A stretch of 64,000 nt of DNA, taken from the NCBI GenBank assembly GCA_021297855.1, contig JAJTHM010000063.1, positions 203 through 64,202 of the forward strand, read 5' to 3'. The notes beneath the pieces were generated by a model that saw only the letters and a program-made list of their open reading frames with translations, did not search any database and had not been told where the DNA came from. How positions within the stretch are numbered: position 1 is the first letter of the stretch; each line of letters starts with the position of its first letter. Positions 18,355 through 25,214 of this stretch are shown here, one piece after another. Source of the stretch: Sphingobacteriales bacterium. Its GTDB lineage: Bacteria; Bacteroidota; Bacteroidia; Chitinophagales; JADJOU01. The position numbers and the translations under genes are program-made.

Positions 18355-19272
18355 TTACGAATTATCTCCTTTCACTAGTTCTATAAATATCTCATTTAAG
18401 CTAGGAGTATCTAATGCTAGACTGCTCAGCTCAATGTCTTGATTTGATAGATAGGCGAGAAGTTCATTTGGCTTTTTTCCGTCAAGCAATGAAAGTTTAA
18501 TCTCTTTATCTGTAAGGGTTTCACTAGTGTACAGTTCATTTACCTGGGCTAAATTCTCCAGTCGTTCCCCTTTGAGTATATATTCTCCTTTTTGGTATTG
18601 TTTTTTTGCGTTCACTACGGTATCATTGAGAATGATTTTCCCTTTATTCATCAATACGATTTGTTGACAAATCTCTTCCACTTGCTCCATTCTATGGGTG
18701 CTAAAAACGATAGTAGCGCCTTGCTTGGCTAGTTCATAAATTTCATTTTTTATGATATCCGCATTCAAAGGATCTAGACCGGAGAAGGGTTCGTCGAGTA
18801 TGATGAGCGATGGCTCATGAATTACCGTGCAGACAAATTGCAATTTTTGCCCCATCCCTTTGCTGACTTCTTCTACCGTCTTATTTTTCCAGCTATTCAT
18901 ATCGAGTCGGTCAAACCAATAGTGGACGCGCTCTTTGGCTTCTGATTTGGGGAGTCCTTTGAGTTGGGCTAAATAAATTGCCTGCTCTTCTGCACGCATT
19001 TTCTTATATAAGCCTCGCTCCTCTGGCATATAGCCTATAAATTTAGCATTGGAGACTAGGTCTGTTTTTTGTCCCTGTACATAGATTTCCCCATTATCAG
19101 GAACCAAAATACCCGTAATCATCCGCAGCAGCGTGGTTTTGCCAGCCCCATTCGGACCTAATAAACCAAAAATAGTCCCACGCTCTATATCAAAACTCAA
19201 GTGCTGTACAGCAAAATTCTCCTTATACTTTTTACTTATATTTCGAACCTCTAACGCTTTATTTCTATCCAT
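18355..19272 (-). CDS. ABC transporter ATP-binding protein (NatA-like)
   Basis: Walker A GPNGAGKTT, signature VSKGMGQKLQF, Walker B LIILDEPFSGLD, plus a C-terminal accessory domain. Confidence 0.9.
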   Translation of the reverse strand: MDRNKALEVRNISKKYKENFAVQHLSFDIERGTIFGLLGPNGAGKTTLLRMITGILVPDNGEIYVQGQKTDLVSNAKFIGYMPEERGLYKKMRAEEQAIYLAQLKGLPKSEAKERVHYWFDRLDMNSWKNKTVEEVSKGMGQKLQFVCTVIHEPSLIILDEPFSGLDPLNADIIKNEIYELAKQGATIVFSTHRMEQVEEICQQIVLMNKGKIILNDTVVNAKKQYQKGEYILKGERLENLAQVNELYTSETLTDKEIKLSLLDGKKPNELLAYLSNQDIELSSLALDTPSLNEIFIELVKGDNS

Positions 19273-19324
19273 GACACTATATACAATAATACATATTACT
19301 TTTTACATTCTACAAAATACACCG

Positions 19325-20266
19325 TCAAACACCTAGATTCAAATAAATCTCCCTCGCCACCATTTCTGTATATTCCTCGATGAAATAACTCCCACTGCTG
19401 ACATCGTTGACCAAATGCATATAAGCTTCTTCCTGCATCAGATGAAAAATATTTCGAGCTATGCGAGTGCTAAACTTAGAATCTGTTTGATTATCGTGCG
19501 GTCGAATCCAAATACCTTCGCAGCCACCAATAAGTGCCGACATGGCCTCTGTGGTGAGTTTGAGAATATTATTTTCTGGATTTTCCTTCGTTTTATTATT
19601 GAGATTGGTTTCACCTATAAGCAGAAAATCAGTGCTGAGACCTTCTAATCGCCTATGCTGGTAAAGCAATGTCTTAAAAGCTCTGATTTTAGCTATATCT
19701 CTAAAATAATCTCCAGATAACTCAATATGAATAAAGGCTTTTTCACCTCGAAAGGATTTGATAAAATTAGCAGCAGCAGAATAAAAATTCTCATCGGATA
19801 TGCAATAAACCTCTTTGGATAGGGCAGAATTGTTCCAAGATAGATTTATGTAATTGTTATTTAAATATTGAATGATACTTTTCTCAGTCACTGAATTTGT
19901 ATTTAAAAACTCAGTATGAACATAATCCAACCGAATATTTAAAAATAATGGATTCAACTGCTCAAGTGTCCAATCTTGATGTTTGAAATTTAAAATAAGA
20001 CCATTTTGTCCGTTTTCTAGGGCTTCCATGAGGTCTCGATTGTTTGTTTCTGCTTGTGAACTGGTTAGAGAAAACAACTGAAAAATCACTTTATAATCTA
20101 ACAAATAAGGAATTTTATGAGATTTATTAGAATTGGTGTAAATTGGGGATAATGATTGGTTTTCTCCTACTTGGATAGCCAAGGAATCCAGAGGTAAAAG
20201 CCTTAATTCCTTTTGAATTAAGGCTTTTACCTCAGCTATGTTTGGTTTGTGAAATGCGATGCTCAT
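19325..20266 (-). CDS. methylmalonyl-CoA mutase family protein (short, substrate-domain-like, no B12 domain)
   Basis: 313 aa. The C-terminal part, TRIARNIFHLMQEEAYMHLVNDVSSGSYFIEEYT, resembles the conserved MCM segment (RIARNTQ..L.EES....V.DP.GGSYY.E.LT). Confidence 0.5.
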   Translation of the reverse strand: MSIAFHKPNIAEVKALIQKELRLLPLDSLAIQVGENQSLSPIYTNSNKSHKIPYLLDYKVIFQLFSLTSSQAETNNRDLMEALENGQNGLILNFKHQDWTLEQLNPLFLNIRLDYVHTEFLNTNSVTEKSIIQYLNNNYINLSWNNSALSKEVYCISDENFYSAAANFIKSFRGEKAFIHIELSGDYFRDIAKIRAFKTLLYQHRRLEGLSTDFLLIGETNLNNKTKENPENNILKLTTEAMSALIGGCEGIWIRPHDNQTDSKFSTRIARNIFHLMQEEAYMHLVNDVSSGSYFIEEYTEMVAREIYLNLGV

Positions 20267-20524
20267 GTTTACAAATATACATAGAAATTGCTATATAGCT
20301 TTCAGATGAATTTGCCACCTATAATCGATTCCTTCGCAGGAATGCGCTTCGAAAGGTTAATGAAGGAACATAGCTTAATGGGTTTTTATAAGAACGCACC
20401 TTAATTAATCTATTCAGGAACAAGCTTCGAGGTGCGTTCCTACAGGATAATTATTCACTATATCCATTTTCTCATAATCTAACAAACCGTAAATATTCTT
20501 TTAGTTTTTTTTACTCACATAACT

Positions 20525-20532
20525 TATCTTTG
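20525..20532 (+). promoter_or_regulatory. -7 promoter box TAtcTTTG for the T9SS adhesin gene
   Basis: Exact TAnnTTTG match 26 nt upstream of ATG 20558. Confidence 0.35.
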
Positions 20533-20557
20533 CCTCATAATTTTAAATACCATAATT

Positions 20558-23500
20558 ATGAAAAAATTAATACTATTAACTCTTATTGTCCTTTTAGGAT
20601 GGAAGACCACTGATGCGCAGTATTGTACAAGTAAGGCAAAAGTTAATTCGGTACACGAAATAACATTTGCAGCAATATATTCATCCTCAGGTCCACTTTC
20701 GAATACAACACCATGTAATTCACTCATTGGTAGTATAATTCATACCGCAGCTGGTAATAGCGTAGCGGGTTCCTACTCTGATTTTACTACGACCAGTATT
20801 ATTGTCCCAAAATTAAGAAAAGGAAATGTACATACAATTACGGTTAGTTCTACCGCAAATTGTACAAGTAAATTGTCAGGTGGAATACGTGTTGCTTACT
20901 TTGATTGGAATGCGGATGGAGATTTTATAGATTCAAATGAAAAATATGTTATTGACGCCGCCTATAGTACTGATAGTACTGTATTTAAACAAGTTACAGT
21001 ACCTATGAGCAGTGTTACGGGTATGACACGGATGAGAATCGTTTATAGAGCGGTTACCTCACTATCTATGGTTCAACCATGCGATTCGAATCAATTTGAT
21101 GGTGAAACAGAGGACTATAAGGTGCAAGTAATTGATTGTTCTGCTAATCAACTTACATTAATTCCTGGTACGTCAAACTATATGACTGCCTCTATGTATC
21201 TTAATGATACAACGGTAACCTTTACATATCAATGGAAAAGAAATGGGACTATACTTACCAGTCAAATTCAACCAGTTCTTAGTTATAATCCAAATGATAC
21301 AGGAAACTATTGTGTTAAAGTTACATCTAGTAATGGTTGTGTTTATGAAGCATGTCTCTATATAGGATTGGGTGCACCAAAAGCCCCTAAATGCTCCGAA
21401 TTCCGCAATATTTTCTTTACCAAAAACGCTTCTACTTTTATATTCGCTACCTCGGGTCCAGCCACAGTGCCTGCCCCATATACAGTTAAGTATAATTGGA
21501 CCTTTAGCAATGGAACCTCAAGTACCCAGAAAAACCCTTCAGTAGTTTTTACCACTTTCCCCGCTTGGGCGAAGTTGAAAATATGTATTGATAGCGGTAC
21601 GACAACTATTTGCTGTGATAGTTCTATGAGAGATAGTATCATGAACTGTACAAGTAATATGTATTGTTCACTGACCAAGGTAGGAGATTCACTAAAAGTG
21701 AATGTGACTGGTGGAACTGCTCCTAGAACTTTTAGTTGGAATAACGGAGCTAAAGGCGAAAAAATTAAAGCAGTTGCTTCTGGGGTTTATACCGTGACAG
21801 TGACGGATGCTCAAGGTTGTACTACTACATGCAGCTTTACGATTGGTTCTGCGTCTAATCCTTGCCTTGCTTATCGCTATATTACTTATTCACAGAGTGG
21901 CAAAAACTTCAATTTTAGTACAGGAATACCTACGGGCTCTAATGCTACATTCTACTGGACATTTGGAGATGGCTCTTCAAGCACGCAAGCGAAGCCATAT
22001 CATTCCTATGCAAGTGCAGGAACCTATAATGTTAAGGTTAGATTCTGCCTAAGAGACAGTATGAATAATGTTATTTGTTGTGACAGTACCGATAAGAATG
22101 TCATTGCTGTAACACCGCTTCCGTGTAATGTCAAAGCTAATTTCAAATGGACCAAACTAGCGAATGGTCAAGTGCAATTCACCGACTCTACCAAACCGGA
22201 TACAGGCAATATGTACACTTACTATTGGGTATTTGGCGATGGAACGGTTTCTACACAAAAAAATCCTTTAAAAACCTTTGCAACCAATGGTTCTAAAACA
22301 GTTTGTCTTTATGTGAAAAAATGGATGAACACCAATAATATGTATTGTATGGATACGATATGCAAGACAGAGACCATAACGAATGTGAGTCCTTGTAATC
22401 GCTTAGAGCCGAAGTTCACCTGGACGAATACAGGTGGAGTTTATAACTTTAGCAATATCACCAATATGACTGGATTTACATTAGTAGGTATAAGCTATGT
22501 GATTCACAACTCTAATACGACCTATACCACAGCCAATCCTACCCATACTTTTACAACGAATGGCACTTATACTGTGACTATGACGATTGTTGCATTTGAT
22601 GTGACGACTGGTTTAAGTTGTACGAAGACTGTTTCTAAAACCTTTTATGTGAATACGAGTCTTTGTGGTTGCTTTAAAGCCTATAACTCATTCTCTAGAA
22701 CAGGTGCCATGGCGCATTTCACCAATCTTTCTCAGTGTATTGATACCAATACGAAATATTTATATACATTCGGTAATGGCGATACCTCCAGTCAGCCAAG
22801 CCCTAACTATGTATATTCTTTACCAGGTTTGTATAGAACAGTCATGCACATCACCAAAACGATTAATGGTGTGACCTGCAGAGATTCATTCGTTAGAATT
22901 ATTCAAATCACTACAGCGAATCCTTGTAAAGATAGTGGTTATGTAAATAATGCCAACTTACCTTGCCCTCCTTATATTTCACCAGTTTGTGGTTGTGATA
23001 CCATTACCTATAAGAATACCTGCCTAGCATCAAGATCAGGTGTGAAGAAATTCACGTTGGGTCCATGTCCAGGAGATACCAATTATGTGAAAATTTGTGG
23101 CTATGTATATAGAGATATTAATAAGAATTGCGCTTATGATACTTTCGATCATGCTTTAAGAGAAATTACCATTAAGTTCAATACAACTCCTGTAACTTAT
23201 GCTTATACGAACGCTGCTGGTTACTATCAAATATATCTTCCAAAGGGCACTTATCAAATTTCGCAGGTCTTGACCTTTAGAAATCCTCCTGTGAATCAAT
23301 TATGCCCTGCGTCGAATGCTCCTATCACAGTTGCAGCTACAACAGGCGGTGCTACCTATTGCAATAACAACTTCTACGATACGACTAGTCTCTGCCCTGA
23401 TCTAGCTGTTGGTATATTTAGAGTAGCAAATATCACACCAGGTTTTATATCCAAGAAAGCAGTTCGCTATGCCAATAGATGCGCGGTGCCTATCACAGGC

Positions 23501-24460
23501 GTGGTTTTGAAATATAGATTCTTATCTGCTTTAACTGTGCTTAGCACGACGACAGCTACCTATTCTGTGAGTGGCAATGTAATTACTTGGAATTTAGGTA
23601 CTCTGGCACCATATAGTAATGGCATTAAATACGTCAATTTCCAAACCCCAACTAGTCTAGCATTAGGTACTGCCGTAGTAGATAGTGTATGGATAGAGCC
23701 TGCAGGCGGCGATTGTGACCAAAGCAATAACTCAGCTACATTTAATGATACCTGCGTAGGTAGTTATGACCCGAATGATAAGGCCGCTTCTCCAGCCAAT
23801 GAAATGGCACCTAGTGTGAAAACACTAGACTATTTGATTCGATTCCAAAATACAGGAACAGCGCCTGCACATAATGTGAGAATTGAAGATAAGATTGACG
23901 ATAACTTTGAAAAAGCTTCATTAAAAGTGAATGATTACTCACACCCAATGGAATATTACTTCGATGACAATGGTAAAATCTACTTCGAATTCCCGAATAT
24001 CATGCTACCAGATAGTGGTACAGACTATGAGGCGAGTCAAGGTTATGTTTCCTATACTATTCAGTTAAAAGATAATTTACCACTAGGCACTAAGTTGAAA
24101 AATACAGCAGAGATTTACTTCGACTTCAATGAACCGATTATCACCAACACGACAGTCAATACGATTGTACTCAAATCGAGCAGTGGAGTGAAAACGGAAG
24201 TGGATGGCTTGAATGTATCCATTTATCCAAATCCTACACAGAATATAGCTACAATAGAGGTCAATCTAGACAAGGCAAGTAAATTGTCTTATACTTTATT
24301 CAATATTCAAGGTAAACTGATAAGACAAGAAGAATTGTCTAACAAAGCGATAGGAAATGTCAAACAAGAAATCAACTTGGAAGCACTGAATTCTGGCATC
24401 TACATTCTCAACCTATCTATCAATGGCAAAGAGACTTCATTGAAAGTAGTCAAGGAATAA
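20558..24460 (+). CDS. large T9SS-secreted multidomain surface protein (GEVED, PKD-like repeats, Kazal-like module, conserved-repeat domain, T9SS C-terminal sorting domain)
   Basis: Signal peptide MKKLILLTLIVLLGWKTTDAQ. GEVED-like DGETEDYKVQV. Repeated W.FGDG..S....P.H.Y PKD signatures. Kazal-like PVCGCDTITYKNTCLASRSG (about 22960-23070). SYDPNDK...IRFQNTGTAPA. C-terminal VSIYPNPTQN...GIYILNLSINGK...KVVKE. Confidence 0.85.
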   Translation: MKKLILLTLIVLLGWKTTDAQYCTSKAKVNSVHEITFAAIYSSSGPLSNTTPCNSLIGSIIHTAAGNSVAGSYSDFTTTSIIVPKLRKGNVHTITVSSTANCTSKLSGGIRVAYFDWNADGDFIDSNEKYVIDAAYSTDSTVFKQVTVPMSSVTGMTRMRIVYRAVTSLSMVQPCDSNQFDGETEDYKVQVIDCSANQLTLIPGTSNYMTASMYLNDTTVTFTYQWKRNGTILTSQIQPVLSYNPNDTGNYCVKVTSSNGCVYEACLYIGLGAPKAPKCSEFRNIFFTKNASTFIFATSGPATVPAPYTVKYNWTFSNGTSSTQKNPSVVFTTFPAWAKLKICIDSGTTTICCDSSMRDSIMNCTSNMYCSLTKVGDSLKVNVTGGTAPRTFSWNNGAKGEKIKAVASGVYTVTVTDAQGCTTTCSFTIGSASNPCLAYRYITYSQSGKNFNFSTGIPTGSNATFYWTFGDGSSSTQAKPYHSYASAGTYNVKVRFCLRDSMNNVICCDSTDKNVIAVTPLPCNVKANFKWTKLANGQVQFTDSTKPDTGNMYTYYWVFGDGTVSTQKNPLKTFATNGSKTVCLYVKKWMNTNNMYCMDTICKTETITNVSPCNRLEPKFTWTNTGGVYNFSNITNMTGFTLVGISYVIHNSNTTYTTANPTHTFTTNGTYTVTMTIVAFDVTTGLSCTKTVSKTFYVNTSLCGCFKAYNSFSRTGAMAHFTNLSQCIDTNTKYLYTFGNGDTSSQPSPNYVYSLPGLYRTVMHITKTINGVTCRDSFVRIIQITTANPCKDSGYVNNANLPCPPYISPVCGCDTITYKNTCLASRSGVKKFTLGPCPGDTNYVKICGYVYRDINKNCAYDTFDHALREITIKFNTTPVTYAYTNAAGYYQIYLPKGTYQISQVLTFRNPPVNQLCPASNAPITVAATTGGATYCNNNFYDTTSLCPDLAVGIFRVANITPGFISKKAVRYANRCAVPITGVVLKYRFLSALTVLSTTTATYSVSGNVITWNLGTLAPYSNGIKYVNFQTPTSLALGTAVVDSVWIEPAGGDCDQSNNSATFNDTCVGSYDPNDKAASPANEMAPSVKTLDYLIRFQNTGTAPAHNVRIEDKIDDNFEKASLKVNDYSHPMEYYFDDNGKIYFEFPNIMLPDSGTDYEASQGYVSYTIQLKDNLPLGTKLKNTAEIYFDFNEPIITNTTVNTIVLKSSSGVKTEVDGLNVSIYPNPTQNIATIEVNLDKASKLSYTLFNIQGKLIRQEELSNKAIGNVKQEINLEALNSGIYILNLSINGKETSLKVVKE

Positions 24461-24487
24461 TTCAATTTGAAAATTTGATTTGAAAAG

Positions 24488-24516
24488 CGGCTATCCGAAA
24501 GGGTAGCCGTTTTTTA
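24488..24516 (+). terminator. Rho-independent terminator of the adhesin gene
   Basis: CGGCTATCC-GAAA-GGGTAGCCG hairpin (9 bp with one G-U pair, GNRA loop) followed by TTTTTAT. Confidence 0.75.
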
Positions 24517-24549
24517 TGAAAAAATATGCTACGAATTGCAAAATAACCT

Positions 24550-24557
24550 TAGTTTTG
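24550..24557 (+). promoter_or_regulatory. -7 promoter box TAgtTTTG upstream of the tRNA region
   Basis: Exact TAnnTTTG match about 245 nt upstream of the tRNA. If used, the transcript would include the tRNA-like element. Confidence 0.3.
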
Positions 24558-24693
24558 CAGTCCTTTTGGCGAGATATACCAATGTGATTTATAGTTTATG
24601 CCAATAACTATAAATCTTACAGTGGTAAATACCGTCGATATCTATGTTTAGGGCAATGTAACGCAGTGAAATTGGACTATTACAGAAATACAT

Positions 24694-24776
24694 ACGGTAT
24701 TAGCTCAGCCGGTAGTGGCAGAGAAGGATTCGTATCCGCCAGAGGCGGACGGTTGGTTAAAGTCCAACACAACAAG
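24694..24776 (+). pseudogene. degenerate tRNA-like element (D-arm, long extra hairpin and T-arm present; no acceptor stem)
   Basis: TTAGCTCAGCCGGTAGTGGC resembles the D-arm of the neighbouring tRNA. Perfect hairpin CCGCC-AGA-GGCGG (24736-24748). Perfect T-arm GTTGG-TTAAAGT-CCAAC (24752-24768). The flanks cannot pair as an acceptor stem. Confidence 0.45.
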
Positions 24777-24802
24777 TGAAAACAACACTTAAAAATGTAA
24801 AT

Positions 24803-24876
24803 GGCGAGTTAGCTCAGCTGGTTAGAGCGTCGGATTCATAACCCGGAGGTCGGGGGTTCAAGTCCCCCACTCGCTA
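24803..24876 (+). tRNA. tRNA with CAU anticodon (elongator Met or lysidine-modified Ile2; not distinguishable by eye)
   Basis: Folds by hand as a cloverleaf: acceptor GGCGAGT/ACTCGCT (G1-U72), D-arm GCTC-AGCTGGTTA-GAGC, anticodon loop TTCATAA, variable AGGTC, T-arm GGGGG-TTCAAGT-CCCCC, discriminator A. 74 nt. Confidence 0.9.
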
Positions 24877-25153
24877 CATATAATCTTTCCCTTAATTTTT
24901 TTAATAAATACCTATTGTACAAATATTTTTTGAATTGTACAATATCTAAGTATGGTGAAGTCAAGGATTCATATCCGCCAGAGGCGGACGGATGGTTCAA
25001 GTCCCCCACTCGCTACATATAATCTTTCCCTTAATTTTTAATAAATACCTATTGTACAAATATTTTTTGAATTGTACAATATCTAAGTATGGAGAAGTCA
25101 AGGATTCATATCCGCCAGAGGCGGACGGATGGTTCAAGTCCCCCACTCGCTAC
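24855..25153 (+). repeat. tandem array: tRNA 3' end plus two near-identical 139- and 137-bp units, each ending in a tRNA 3'-half copy
   Basis: The 23-mer GGTTCAAGTCCCCCACTCGCTAC occurs at 24855, 24994 and 25131. The two units differ only by T-run length (7 versus 5) and one T/A substitution. Confidence 0.9.
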
Positions 25154-25214
25154 TCTTTCCCTGTAACCTTTTATTATTGACTAATCTAAGTTTTGTACTT
25201 TTACTGAACTCTAT

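Noticed and set aside
21358-22874. Short ORFs on either strand inside the adhesin gene (21358-21678, 21807-22052, 22665-22874)
   Set aside because: They are nested within the 1300-aa ORF, which has coherent domain structure and a T9SS sorting domain. They have no independent signals.
24560-24780. Possibility that the tRNA-like region is a tmRNA (ssrA) or a type II (long variable arm) tRNA
   Set aside because: There is no GGGGC... 5' end, no resume-codon/tag ORF and no acceptor stem. The 5' and 3' flanks cannot pair, so neither a tmRNA nor a functional tRNA can be drawn.
24855-25153. CRISPR array interpretation of the tandem repeats
   Set aside because: There are only three repeat copies, and the 'spacers' between them are near-identical to each other. 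The repeat is a tRNA 3' end, and no cas genes are present. No other CRISPR-like array was seen anywhere in the window.
24992-25180. 62-aa ORF across the tRNA-derived repeats
   Set aside because: It reads straight through two tRNA 3'-half copies and the AT-rich spacer, so it is produced by the repeat itself. There is no coding signature.
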